In this document: positions 1 through 13,148 of the stretch, piece by piece
Layout of the letters: each line of letters opens with the position of its first letter
Position numbering within the stretch: the stretch's first letter is position 1
From: Chromera velia
Taxonomy: Eukaryota
Assembly (NCBI GenBank): GCA_018398765.1
Contig: JAHBMJ010000444.1
Span: 1 to 64,000 of the forward strand
Reading direction: 5' to 3'
Length of the DNA stretch: 64,000 bases
The notes under the pieces: generated by a model
The model's input: only the letters and a program-made list of their open reading frames with translations
Database searches by the model: none
What the model was told of the DNA's origin: nothing
Program-made: the position numbers and the translations under genes

Positions 1-33
1 TGTCTGTCTGTCTGTCTGTCTGTCTGTCTGCAG

Positions 34-426
34 GGACGTTCAAACTTGAAGTTGTGTTCTCAGAGGACTACCCGAACAAGGCGCCCCATGTCAAGTTCAC
101 TTCACGAATGTTTCACCCTAACGGTGGGTTAGTTGGCTTCTTCTGCTGCTGCATTCTTTCTTCAATCTTTGCTCGTTCTTCTTCGCTCGGCTCCCTTTTC
201 TCACCTTCTGAATGTTTCTCTCTGCCTGTCCTGTTCGTGCGGAATGCGCGCAGTCCACGAAGAGATAGAAGCGGTTGATTCGTGGAGTTGCTCCGCAGTG
301 CGCGTTGAGGTGTCGCTGGGGGGGCGGTGCTGTGGATGGATGTGGGCGAACGCATATACATGTATGCCTCGTCTCTCTCTCTCTCTCTCGCGCGCGCGCG
401 TGCGTGTGTGTGTGTGTGCGCGCGCG

Positions 427-465
<39 letters not shown>

Positions 466-1099
466 CAATTTGCAATTGTGAGAATGGGGTCGGCAAACAA
501 AAAGGGGCTCACGCATCCAGAGGGGGGCGCTGTGCGTCGGATGCGAAAAAGGGAGCGAGTTGTTGGACAGAAATTGGAGAAGATACAGGTCGTTTTGTCG
601 CTTTGTGGCGGTCTCTTCCCGTCTGCCTCGCTGGCATTGCTGCCTACCTCTGTTGCGACTGTGAGGATGGAGGGCCAGCACGGCGTTGCCTTACTTTTTC
701 TCCTTTTCCCTTCCTGTGTCCTTTTTGGTGTGTGCGTGCGTGCGTGCAGTGTATGCAGACGGACAAATCTGCCTGGACATTCTTCAAAACCAATGGAGTC
801 CCATCTATGACATCTCAGCAATCCTCACCTCCATTCAAGTAAGCTCTCTTTCACTGACTCGAACTTGGAAGAATTGGGGAGCTTGAAACTCTGACAGAAG
901 GGGGGGAATACCGGTGTTCAAAAGTGTCCTTTCCGCTCGATTGCTTGTGGGTTGATGTTGTTCATGAACCTTATCTGAAATCAGGAGAAAGTTGGCGTCT
1001 TATTCTTTCTTGCTTGCCTGTACCTTGCTTGACTTGGGGGGTTGCGTGAACGTGCTTGCATGCATGCATGATTGTGCTTTTCCTGTCTATCTGTATACC

Positions 1100-1130
<31 letters not shown>

Positions 1131-1546
1131 CCCTGGTCCCCCGTCCCTATCCTTATCTCGGCCCGGCTCTGCAGTCTCTTCTGAGTGATCCGAACCCGAA
1201 CTCCCCCGCCAACCAAGAGGCTGCCCAACTGTTTGTCGAGAACAGAAGGGAGTACAACAGGAGAGTGCAGCTGTCTGTGGAGGAATCGTGGAGCGATGCG
1301 GAGGACGAGGACGAAGATGAGGATGAGGAGGAAGAGGAGGAAGAAGGAGAGGGAGGGAGCGCGGCAGCATCACAGAAGAAAGAGGGGGAGAATGCAGAGA
1401 AGGCGAGTAAAGACCTGAAGACGGACACAGGAGGCGATGTGGTCATGGACGCATCCTCTTCCTCCTCCTCTTCGTCCTCCTCAACAGGTGGAGGCCAAGC
1501 TCTCCCTCCTGCAGCCCCTCCCGACCCTGCAGCGATTCAATCTTGA
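34..1546 (+). CDS. RAD6: Ubiquitin-conjugating enzyme E2, RAD6/UBC2 family (5' exons upstream of window); exons 34-123, 750-838, 1175-1546
   Basis: Spliced translation [91 protein letters not shown]. It contains the HPN motif and catalytic Cys, has GT-AG introns in compatible phases, and ends in an acidic C-terminal tail. Confidence 0.95.
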
Positions 1547-2387
1547 TCAATCGACTGATGGATCGATGGATGGGCCCTCGTTTTGTTTTGTTTTGGTCGC
1601 TACTGCTCAGTGATTTGAGACTCATGTGACTGTGATTGACGCACGCAGGACCGAGCTCCTCTATCGAAGCACGATCAGGGAAGCACAACAAGAATGTGGT
1701 TCGAAGGGCCTGCAGGGGACATGCCGCCTCGATCCCGCTTCGATCATGGCCGGCTCTAAATTCTGATTGCTTATTGGGGCATGGTGCGCGGGAGATGAAT
1801 GAACGGCGATCAAGTGAAGTTCAATGGTTGAATTAATAAAGGTGGTAGTACCGAAGGCTGATCGACCCTGATGCGTATGCTCTCAATTTTGTTTGCCTTG
1901 TGCATCGACCCAATCGCATCTAAAAGTCCTAGTGTAAGTCTGGCGCTCGGATTTGTTTTGATTTGTCAGCTTTCAGCGAGGCTCTGCAGTGAAAGGACTT
2001 GCATCAGTTGCGCCCTCTAGACTTCGTCTGGATGCTTTTCAATGCACAACTTCACTGTAAAACAATCCTGCCAACAATGAAAATCAATGATTGGACACAT
2101 CATTCAAGTTCTTATTCATTTGATTATAACATGGCTAGTAACATGAGTCTACCCGTATAATTTATACACAAAAATATATAAGCTAACTTGAAGATACAAA
2201 CATAATTTTTTAAGTCTAAAGATGTAGTCATATGAATCCTATGATGTGATTTTACTTACACTTCACTAGTTCTGTTAATCCGAGTCTATATAAGTTAATT
2301 CGCTCTTGAATTTGGAAATTAACTTCTTCATCATCATCATCATCATCATTATTATTATTAATCGGTCTATAGGCCATCATACAATGC

Positions 2388-2974
2388 ATGAGAGGGGGGC
2401 CTATGCTCCACAAAGGCTGGCAATTCTCAACACCAGGGTGATAAACCCACACGCCGCCTCGAGGGAGAAGGTGACCTGGACTCAAGCCCTCAAAGCAGTA
2501 GCAGAAGAAAAGAAGAGGAAACATGGGCAGGCAAGCGCGGACAGAGGGTGCGACTTCACTCCACTCGTGAGTGCGGTCGACGGGACGATGGAGGGGGAGG
2601 TAAAGATGTTCTTGAAGAGGGTGGCAGAGCGATTGAGTGAGAAATGGGGGCAACATGTGAGCAAGACATACGGCCGAATCCGAGCCCGACTGCAGATTGC
2701 CCACCTGAAAGCGGCAAGCGCGTGTATTCGGGGGACCAGAGGAGTGCAAGGGGAGGGCTGGGAGGAAGGAGGAGTAGGCAGTGCACTGGTTATGACTGAG
2801 GGGTAGGAAGTACTTAGCAAAGGCCGAAGAAGGCATTCAGATGGAGGAGCGTCAAGTATGAGGTTGTATGAGAGAGAGAGCCAGTAGCGAGGGCAGTAAC
2901 CAGGACAGAAGGAAGAGATGAAAGACGTATAGGCCAGACGCTAGGAATAAACTTTAAGTCAATGCCCCCCCAGG
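2388..2974 (+). mobile_element. 5'-truncated non-LTR retrotransposon (CRE-like, restriction-enzyme-like endonuclease C-terminus plus 3' UTR)
   Basis: The ORF ending at 2806 reads ...[10 protein letters not shown]...EEKKRKH...[33 protein letters not shown]...RARLQ...CIRG, matching the pattern of CRE-clade ORF ends. Its 3' UTR recurs at 20236-20418 and 5456-5503. Candidate TSD ACAATGC at 2381-2387 and 2975-2981. Confidence 0.8.
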
Positions 2975-4947
2975 ACAATGCTGTATTACCCCTTTGCCAT
3001 CATCATCATGCGCCATTGCGCCATCGTCGTCTGCCTAGACTAGTGGCCCAGCCTTCGAGGCTTCCAACATTCGGCAAGAGACAAGCTCGGCAGCCCTCTC
3101 CCAAAGCCTAAGGAGAAAGCACACGTAAAAATATGAGAAATAACCCTCAGTAGCTCAAAAGGGGCCTGTCCTAAACTATGAGAAAAGGTCGGCTTTAAAC
3201 GCTGGTCTGTAAGATTAAGATTAGGATTACAATTTATGTTCTGGGTTGCCCCGCGGTCCACTGCCGGGCCTTGACTTGCACCGTCGATTAAAAGATGGCC
3301 GGGGGGACTCCCGGGGGAGCCAAACTGCCCACCTTCTTCTATCCCATCTCTCTCTTTTTCTCTTTTTCTTTCTTTATTCTCTTTGAGTCTTTATTTTTCC
3401 CGAACTGGTGTTCGTATACTGCGAAATTCAAGCCATCATAGCCGTCCTGAAGTGTTTTATAGCATGTAAATACGTGTGACTTGCCATTCCGACCCAGCTG
3501 GAAACCCCCCATCGAGTCATGTCCCCAGATTTTCGCCGTCTCCTCCGATTTTCTTCTTCTACACAACCTTGCCTTCTCAAAAACTGGATGCGGCCATGAG
3601 CGCGGCTTGTCTGGTCGACATTGAAGGAAGGGGGAAACCTGGAAGGCTGGTATCTACCCCCAGGCGTGCGAAGTCACGGGCACCGCCGTGTTTGCCATGG
3701 TTCGGGATCTGTATAGAATGGAGAGCCCAGCTGGCAGGCGTCTCCTCAGTCGGTTGAAGCTCTGAGGTCGTTGTAGATGTTTTGCTTCCTCTGCTTGCTC
3801 TGTGGCTGTCCTTTTGGAGCACCGCTGCTTGTTCTGGAGTGAAGAGACACCTGGCGACTCCGGGTTCCTCAACTGCGTCAAGAGAATGGGGGAACATTGT
3901 TAAGAAGTTCGCAAAGCCGTCTCCAACTGTTGCAGAAGAAGCTCACTATATTAGGAGCTGCTCTATAAAATTTCCTGTTAAAATCCCTGTTGTTTTACCT
4001 GTTACAGGTATTTTTACTGATATTTTTTGGATTTTCACTGGTATTTTTCAAAAATTCCTGTTGGTCCTAACTTATAAAGTATAAGGAGTTAGAAGCTCAA
4101 ATTTTGTATGCTAAGAGCTCTAAGCATGCTTATGTATGCCCAAGAATCAAAACAAGTTAATTCTATTTATATTTTATGTGATACAAAAAATACCTCTTGA
4201 CTGGGAAAATACAAAAAAGTACTACTGGGAAAAAATCAATAAGGATTTTTTTTCCCAATGGTACTTTTTAAAATTTTTTTAGTCAACAGATATTTTTTGT
4301 ATTGCATAAAATATAAGTAGAATTAACTTATTTTAAGTTATAGGCATATGTAAGCACGCTTAGAGCTCTTAGCATACAAAATATGAGCTTTCAACTCCTT
4401 GTACTTAATTCATAAGTTAGGATCAACAGGGATTTTTAAAAAATTCCAGTGAAAAAGCGAAAAGGTTTGGGGGATCTGCCTGCCCGCAGCCACCAACTTG
4501 TCTGACCTTCTCTCAATCTCTCAACCTGCTAGTCTTCATACACAAGGAGAGATCGGCCAGGACTCTAGTCTACAACTGACTGCTTATATCAGGAGACGCA
4601 CAGTCTATGCCACATAGTCCTACAAGAGTCTACAGAAAGAGAATGTGCTCTGGGTCTAGTTGTAGTGAGACTCCCAAATCCTAGCTCAAATCCTTCTCGT
4701 CTGTACTGTTCGCCTTCAATCAATCAATCATGAGATCATGAGAATGCATACATGCATGCATCACTGTAACTGCCATGCACGTCGTACGCGTTTGTATGCA
4801 TACAACCTTCATGAGGGTGGCGGATGCTATGAGCAGCCCGCGCTGACACCGTGTGGCGGCGCTAACCCGCTCGCAGAAAATCTAAAAAATTCCTGTAGAT
4901 TTTCCCTGTGATAGATATTTTTTTTTTACCAGTACTGGGACTTTTTT

Positions 4948-5230
4948 TAAAAAAAAAACATTTTTTTTACATGCATAGTCTTTGTCATCTAAACATTTTG
5001 TCTAGTCTTTAGTCACTTAATGTTCATTCCCAGTCACCATCGTCATAAGGGGCCTAAATTGCTGCGACCCCCCCAGCAGTGCTGAATGAAGCTTCCTTCT
5101 TTTGAGCTCTTGGCTTTCTCTCTCCCCTCATGTAGTACACTGACGCTCTGATAACTGCAAGTTGCATCCGAGCTTTAATAGCTCCTACCACCCTTGATCT
5201 TGTTATGTTCGTTCTCTCCGAAATTCTATA
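4948..5230 (-). mobile_element. 5'-truncated CRE-like retrotransposon fragment (second family) inserted in the inverted-repeat arm
   Basis: The minus strand encodes RISERTNITRSRVVGAIKARMQLAVIRASVYYMRG..., homologous to the end of the 2388-2806 ORF. It is flanked by the 15-bp direct repeat TACTGGGACTTTTTT at 4933-4947 and 5231-5245. Confidence 0.7.
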
Positions 5231-5455
5231 TACTGGGACTTTTTTCTTTTCACAGTTAACAGGTATTTTTTGTATCATATAAAATATAAATAGAATTAAT
5301 GTGTTTTAAGCCATAGGCGCATGCAAGCACACTTAGAGCTCTTAGTATGCAAAATTTAAGCTTCTAACTCCTTATACTTCATAAGTTAGGACCAACAGAA
5401 ATTTTTAAAAAATACCAGTGAAAATCTAAAAAATACCAGTAAAAATACCTGTAAC

Positions 5456-5503
5456 TTTTTAGGGGCATTGACTTAAAGTTTGTTCGTAGCATCTGGCCTA
5501 TAT
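5456..5503 (-). mobile_element. 48-bp extreme 3'-end retrotransposon insertion with 7-bp TSD
   Basis: The reverse complement ATATAGGCCAGATGCTACGAACAAACTTTAAGTCAATGCCCCTAAAAA matches the 3' end of the 2388-2974 element. TSD CTGTAAC lies at 5449-5455 and 5504-5510, and the opposite arm (~4000) shows the empty site. Confidence 0.85.
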
Positions 5504-7114
5504 CTGTAACAGTAAAACAACAAGGATTTCAACAGAAAATTTTATAGGGTGGAAGCTAGGCTGGAAGCCTTCTGCAGCTATGTGGGGCTGCCTGCTTGTT
5601 TGTCAGAGGAAACTTTTGAGTTAAAAGTTAGTAGGTATACAAGAACGACTAAGTACGACTAAGCCTGTATAACTCAAAACAGACACAAACACGTACTGTC
5701 AAACAGATCAACTTATATATGTTTTTTCTATTATCATTTTCATTAATCAGAATTTAATCCATTTTAAAAAATGTTTCAGCTAAGTTTTTAAAAAAAAAAT
5801 TTAAAAAGCTTTCAATTAATATATGGCGTATTAATGTATGATCAAAACCTAATCATATATGTAAAGTGTCATAAACTGACATTTAAAGGAAAAAAAAAAG
5901 TTTAGACGGTAAATTAGACTATTTAGTTCATTAGACTCGGATAGCTAGGCTGAGCTAGGCTTAAGTGCTGCTCAACTGGTAACTTAATCTAGAACTTAAA
6001 TTTGAATATATGAGTGAAGGTAATCGAACGCCAGGCTGTTTTGACATAGATCGTTTGTCATGTTAGTATACATTGCGGCTGTCATTGCCATGGTGGGCAT
6101 TGGTGGCAAGTTACACCTTGTAGAGTTACACTGACAACAAGACATGAAGAAACAGATTTCCTTTAAAATCGGGCTTTTCTACAGAGACCTAGACAGAGAC
6201 TCGATACTAAACAACACTGTGCATATCTGGGTGCACGCATGCAGTGGGAACACCGCACTGGACCGACGGTCTGCTCTAAACCATCAGGACTGTCTGACGC
6301 ATATTGAACGCACCAGGACGCATGACGTTAGGCATGACGCTGCGCGCTTGAAGTCATGTCATGATGCAAGATTGTGACCGACCAATTTGCTTTTGCTGTC
6401 ACACAGTCTGTGACCACGACAAGTCACTCAGAACTCCGTGTACACGCACTCACAGGTCCGGCCTTCCTGTCCATTCCACAGTCTGACAGCGGATGCAAAA
6501 TTTGGTGAAAGAGCAAAGCAGACTGTTCGTACAAGGAAGCAAAAACCGAGGAGGCAGACATCAGAACCAGCGCAGAGGATGCAAGCCAGGCCAGGCAGAA
6601 GAGAAGCATCATGCACCCGCCATCCAGCAAGAGGAACCCCGTCACTCCCTCTACTGGCTCTTCTGAGATCTGCAGACGGTCTCACAGACGCGCTTCAAGT
6701 GGAAGACGTCCACCAAGCCTTTTTGAAAAAAGACGAAACTGAGTGATACAATAGAGGGAGACACCAAGCAACGAATCAGCGCCAGCAAGGGACAGCGAGG
6801 AACTGAGACCAAAAAGGGGAAGTGGAGCTACCAGTGAGGGGAAACAAAAAGGCACACGAGGAAGGAAGAGACGAGACAGGAAATATGAACCAACAGCTTG
6901 AATGAAAAGTGGAAAAACATGCAAGCAGAATTAATGCAATGCTAGTCACAGGATTAGTTAGCGACAGACACATCACGTCAGGACACGAAACTTTTCTCCA
7001 TGACCGTCAACCTGCTTTATCAATATCTTTCTCCTTTCTTTCCTTGAAGATCTTCTGTTCCTCGCTCCCTTTCTTCATTCCGTCTTTCCTTCCTTCCATC
7101 CTTTCATTTTTGCA

Positions 7115-7123
7115 TTCTTTCGT

Positions 7124-7182
<59 letters not shown>

Positions 7183-7199
7183 GTCTATCTGTTTGTCTG

Positions 7200-7231
<32 letters not shown>

Positions 7232-7640
7232 TCCTTCCTTCCTTCCTTCCTTCCTTTTTTTCGTTCTATTCCTTGTCTTTATGTGTCCCTTCTTTCTTCC
7301 TTACTCCGTTCGCTATTGTGTTCTGAAAATTTTGCCTTTTGTGCTTCCAGCGTATCGACCGACCTCTTCTTTCTTTCCTCGGACCCCCTCTCAAGTTTTT
7401 TGTGCTATCTCCAGACTGCTTCTTATTTTTTTCCAACTTCGGCTACGTCCAGCCTTGTTCGCCTTTCTTTTTCTGCATTTTCCTCTCGCTCCCTATTCCA
7501 TCCGGCAATCGAAAGAGGGAGCAGCAACAGGAAAGAGAGCTGAAGTCAAAAAGCAACACTCACTGCAGCAGAAGCAGCAGCAGCAGCAGAAGAAGAAGAA
7601 GAAGAAGAAGAAGAAAAGAAGAAGAAGAAGAAGAAGAAGG
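7115..7640. repeat. Compound microsatellites (CTTT)n, (GTCT)n, (CCTT)n, (CAG)n, (AAG)n
   Basis: Simple repeats are directly visible. Similar tracts, including (GT)n, (CT)n and (CA)n, occur in most introns of the window. Confidence 0.9.
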
Positions 7641-7787
7641 TGATTCATTCATTCATTCATTCCCGTCCCCCCCGTCCACCCTGCGGCGTTACAGAATTTT
7701 CTTCTAAGCTTCTGCAAACCCGGGTCGGCCTGTTGGGGCTCCTTCCTGCAATCGCAATTAAGCAGAGGAAATGAATGTGACAGACAC

Positions 7788-8652
7788 TTAGTTTGCGGGT
7801 CGATCGATCGATGAGTGTGGACGTTCGTTCTTCTTGAAGGAGTGGAGGAGTCGAAGAATGCGAAGGGCGGAGTCCGACGCGGAGAGCAGAGGAGCAAGAG
7901 GAGGGAGACTACACGTGCACCGCAAGATTCCGACAACAGGGGGGTTTAGAGGGGTGACAGAGAAGAAATTGAACTGCGATCTAAACAAAGCGTCAGGTCA
8001 TTAAATGGAGATAGGGAGACGCACGCGGAGGAATATCTGTCAGTTCCACTTTCCGTTCACAAAAAGCTCCCTGTCTGTCTGCCACGACTCCCCCTGTCTG
8101 CACATTCTCACACGTGTACGTCCATACATCTAGCTGTACGTGTACGTGTGCATGCCGATCAACTTAATTGCTGGTCCCTCCACCCGTGTGACTCTTGCCG
8201 GGGGCGTACAACCAGCTTGATTTCCACCATGGGAAGAAAAGCACAGAAATTGCTCTCGAAGAACCCACGCTTGTTTCCAAAGAAAGAAGAAAGGAAACAA
8301 AAGAGGGGGGGGGGAAGAACCTCAAACAAACAAATCCTGACCGAACGATCAGATCCTCCAACATAGTGACGCGTGCCAGTCTGCCCTCCACCTTCTTCGA
8401 CTTCGTCTGCTCCCCCCCCTTCAACCGCTTCCGCTTCTTCCCCCTGCCCTTCCTCCTGTTCACTTCCCCCTCTCCCATCTCCCCTGCCAAGGAAACTGCC
8501 ACTGGTTCTTGAGGCGGTGCCTTCTTCGATAAGGAGAGTGCCAGTGGTTGTTGCGGCGGTGCCTTCTTCGATCTGATCCTCCTCTTGTCGTCGGTCAATC
8601 AGGGGGGTCACTCGAACCTGCATGACTCACTCACTCAGCCAGCACACACATG

Positions 8653-8691
<39 letters not shown>

Positions 8692-10237
8692 TGTGTGTGT
8701 TCTTGTTTTTTTGACAGCACACGCGGCTGTGCACAGAGAGCTGAATGGATCCAACAAACAAATCATGCAGAGCAGCAAATCAGCATGGGGCACTGGGACG
8801 CAACAACAAGTCGAAACGCACTCTCGTCCCTCGTGAGCACAGAAGTGCAATTCAATAACGAATACTGGTCACATGAATATGAGACCTTGTACCCACGTTT
8901 ACGTCTTTCGTCCCTGATCGAACCCTCGCTTGTTCTTCAGAAACCTGATGGTCAACTTTTGTCGGAGATTTGCATGCACAGACGTACATTTCCTTCACTG
9001 ACGTTTGGAGACATCGTACGCATGCATTGACGCGCATCAAACGCCTCACCTCCTGTCTCCGCCTCCACGCCGAGTTGAAGCCTCGGTCATGCAATCGCAT
9101 CCGGCACGGCCGAGAGCAGTACCAGAGAGAGATGAGGATCCCTCCAACGCAAACCAGAAGAACAACGTCGATTGCAACGAAGAGGGCGAAGAACGGTTTC
9201 TTCCACACGCTGCTTTCTTTCTTTTTAGTTTGATGTCGTTTGGATGATGGCGTCAGAAATCTGTGTGAAGTGGTGCCCGTACCTTCCAATCCAGAAGCGT
9301 CCATTCTCCCAGAATCCGGCTGAATACCCCTCACATGCCTCCTCAGGTTGTGTCATGTTTTTCGTCAACTGACGGCAGTGCTCTTTGGGAGGAGGCGGGA
9401 AGTCTTTGTCATAGGCGACGTTGTTTGGGAGACAGCAGGGAACAACGTGCTCATATCTTCTCTCCTTTTCTGGTCCTTCTTTCGTGAGAGCCCTGCAGTC
9501 GACACCCACGTCTCTGATGCAGCAGCGCTGTGCCTCCTGGTCCACCCTTGATTCTGCCTCAGCAATGCAGCACCCCCCTCTGGATTCGTGCGGCCACCAA
9601 CTTCTCTTGTGCGGCTTTGGCACAACAGCGTAGAATGGGTTGGGCAAAATGTGGCCGCATGAGTGCCTGCCTCCATGATTACCAGGTTCGCAGCATTTGC
9701 CATCGCACAAGGGAACACTGCAAATTTGAAAGCACCAAACAGCAAGAGCTAAGAATGAAACCAGCGGGCACAAAAAGGCTCAGAGCGAAGATTGGACGGC
9801 TACACTTCCGCAGAGACAAATCATGTTCGGACCATGTAGACGGAAGAGAAGACTTGTCCATTGAGGACAGGCAGTAGAGTGACAGGGCAAAGGGAAAGAG
9901 AGGAACAGAGGACAAGAGGACAGGACCCCACGAACATATTTTGATTCACTCCATGCGTCGATCTGTATGCATCTGTAAACGGCACACAGCGAGAACGGAA
10001 GAATGCTGACTCTTTCTCACAGCAGGCGAAGCTGCAGTCTTTCTTCTTTTCACACTTCAGAAGGCTGAGGTCCGAGCTGCAGCAGCATCTTTTCTCTTGC
10101 AAAAGTCCGGAAGGGCACACTCCTTCCGAGGTCTCCTCCTCACACCGATAGATGTAAGGATCCTTTCCGAAGGCCTGATCCTGGTTAAGGCATAGCCAAA
10201 GACCTAGAAACCAGGTAACAGAGGCAAACAAGCTCAT
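7788..10237 (-). CDS. Putative Cys-rich type I membrane protein of unknown function; approximate exons 10011-10237, ~9283-9717, ~9050-9260, ~8342-8617, possibly ~7788-7908
   Basis: It begins with a signal-peptide-like MSLFASVTWFLGLWLCLNQDQAFG, followed by a Cys-dense region (VCPSG...RCCC...CSFACCEKD|VPLCDGKCCEPG...GGCCIA...RCCIR...PCCLP). Next come one hydrophobic span (FFALFVAIDVVLLVCVGGILISLWYC) with basic residues after it and an acidic Gly-rich tail. The 3' exons are uncertain. Confidence 0.6.
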
Positions 10238-11013
10238 TCTGACACACGGAGATGGTGCTGCAGAGTCAAAAGAAGAGAGTGTCGGGGTGGAGGTACCGGA
10301 ATACAAACATAAATACATACACAAACACGAAGAGATGCGAGCGTACACTGCGGCAGACTCAACCTCTTAGAAGGCCTGTCACATTTTAGCTGTGACCCGG
10401 CTGCTTTGAATTCTGCTGAATTTTGTGTCAGCACTTATGTGACAAACAGGTGACACATCTTAACTCGGACATACCCGGGCCCCCGCATTCAAACGGCGCA
10501 TTGGGCCAGAATGGTGAAAAAGTGTCCCGGCTTGCCTTAAGGCTTGTTGAGCGTTGGGGGCAGTGGCAAGACTGCAGGACAAAAGGACCCCGTAAAACCT
10601 GCTTGGTCGGCTCTTTTAGGAAAGTTTGAAGATGTTTGAGGGATGTTTTCGCACTTGAGAGAGTTCGCACGGAGCGATCGCGAAAACCATTTTGCGTATA
10701 TGCTTTTTTTTTCGCGAAAGCCACATCGTCGAATTTTCGGATTTTGCGAGCTCCGCGATCCGCGACTTGAAAGCTCAAAAACCAAAACTTAATTGCATGG
10801 AACCTCAATTTTCAAACTGGAATCGATGCACTGCTCATGCACCGATATACGCGTGAAGAAAGCTTGGATACCGTCTCTTCCGTCTCTCACACCTGAGTGT
10901 GTAATCCCTCCAGTGTGTTATCCCAGAACGCTCCATCCCAGCATACAGTCTTTTGAGCAGCTGAGCTCAACTTTATAAGTCCTCTGAATCGGACAGGAGC
11001 ACCAGCTTTGATC

Positions 11014-13103
11014 ATGTCCTACGTGGGAGGTCCCACATCATCCACCTCGGAGGGCGGGGGAGCCTCCTCCCTCTGCTTCGGCAATTTCATGAGCTTCGAG
11101 CCCCAACTGAAGAGTCTGAAGCTTGAGGACCTGCTTGGAAGGAAGAAGGCAGGATGCAAGATCACCATGATCACAGGTGTGCCCTTGTGAAGTGGTAGGC
11201 GCTTCTCTGTTCGTCCTTGCCGTCTCCACGAAGATCCATACCGACTTTCAGTGTACCCACCCGTCTCTGTCCCTGTCCCTGTCCACCTGGGCCGCGGCCT
11301 TGGTGCGTGGCTGTCTCTTGCCCCTCCTTTCCTGGCAATAACTTGCACCACCGCCAACAGTTTCCACTTCCAACCAATCATTCTCTTTGCCTGACTCACT
11401 CAATCATGCATTCACTCATTCATGTATCCAGCCATCCCCTTTCCCCCCTCTCATCACTTACTGACTGACTCCGGTGCTCACCCACTGACTCAAGTGTGCC
11501 CTAATTACGCTTGCGTGTCTCTTCAGCCTACGACTACCTCAGCGGGCGCATTGCAGACGCAGCAGGTCAGCTTCCGTCCAGCCTTCGGGCACGGGAAGGG
11601 TGGGGCAGTCGGTCTTCATGGGAGGGACATAACACGGTAGTAACGTGCCTTTCACCGTCACACACCCCGCTCCTCTCCACCTCCGACCATGAACACCCGT
11701 GTGTGCAGCCATTGACATGGTCCTGGTTGGGGACAGCCTCGGCAACGTGGTTCTTGGGCATTCGAGAACAGACAAGGTCAGTCAATCCGTTGGGAGGCAC
11801 TGGGGAGGACCGAGTCCTCACTGCGCGGCAGGTTCACGGATGGTTTGTTTTTTAGAAACAAAGTCCGCCTTTCTCTCCCTCGTTTCTCTTGTCTGTGGAA
11901 TCGAAAGTGAATCTTGATTCAGCTTTCTGTTTTGTTGTCCTCCGCTACTCCTTTCCCAACTCCCTCTGTCTCCCCCTCCTTTATCCATCCGTCCTGTTTT
12001 CCTGCGCTTTTGCAAGTAAGCAGGTGACCATGGAAGATATGCTGCACCACACAAGGGCTGTCACTAGAGGATGTAAACGGTGGGTGGCAACACTGCCCCC
12101 TCCCTCATTGACTTCTTGTGCTTCATTGGACTCCCTTTTCTCCTTCCCCAACCGTCGAACCTCATCTCACGTGTTCGCATCTCTCCAAATCCCCCCCTTG
12201 TGAAGGCGGGCTTCCGTACTTTCTGTGCCTTTTTCCTCTTCCCATCCTCTCGTTTCTCCAAATGTCTCGATTCTTCTCTCTGTCTGACCTTTAACTTGAT
12301 CAACTCTTCTTTCCGTGTCAGAATATCCAAATCAGCGAAGGGGTGCAGAATAGCTCATTTCTTCTCTTCTCTTCTCTTCTCTTCCCTTCCCTTCTCCCTT
12401 CCTTGCATCCCCCGTTCTTCCAACATGAGAGACGGCAGCGCCTTTGTAGTAGGAGACCTTCCTTTCGGGTCGTGTTGCACAGTCGAGAAAGCCCTTGAGA
12501 ACGCACACGCACTGATGAGGGAGGGATGCCACGCCGTCAAACTGGAGGGCCCTCTTCTTGCACAAATTCAGGTCGGCCATTCCTCTCTGCCTCGATTTCC
12601 GTCAGACTTCATGTTTGTCTCACTTTCTCCTTCTTGGTTTACTCTCCTGTCTGTTCTTTGTAGAAGAACAAAAAGAAAGGGTGGAGGGAGAGCAGAGGCT
12701 CTGCCCCTCTTCCGAAACGGCTTTTCGTTCTCGCCCTCCCCATCCTCACAGAGATCTATGGGCTCATTCACTCCCTCTCTCCCTCTCTTCTACGTTCATG
12801 CAGGCGATCTCTCAGTTCGTGCCTGTCGTTGCCCATCTGGGACTGCAACCTCAAACGGCGTCGTCCTTCGCATCGAGGGGTCGGACGGCAGACGAAGCCA
12901 TTGTCAGTCCAGCTGGTTCGCTCCTGAAACGCAGCCCTTTTGTTTGTTTTTTCTGTGCCACTGGATCCTCTCCCCTCTCTTTCTTATCTGATTTTCGGGT
13001 GGTATTTTTTTTCGCGCTGGTGTCGCCATGCATCATTCGGATGATGTGAAGGGTCAACGTCAAGTGTGTGTGTGTGTGTGAGTGTGTGATCATGTGCCTG
13101 CCA

Positions 13104-13148
<45 letters not shown>

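Larger units (their letters stand above)
3961..5548. mobile_element. Foldback/TIR-type AT-rich element with long inverted repeats
   Basis: 3961-4240 is the reverse complement of 4915-5548 once two insertions in the latter are removed. About 4030-4240 is also inverted against 4245-4455, forming an internal hairpin. No transposase was recognised. Confidence 0.75.

Noticed and set aside
113..842. Overlapping ORFs with HTHT/VCVC runs
   Set aside because: These are translations of (GT)n/(CT)n microsatellites in the RAD6 intron.
6144..7707. Several ORFs, including 6438-6746 and 6909-7643
   Set aside because: They have no recognisable motifs and are largely microsatellite-derived; the region is likely UTR or intergenic.
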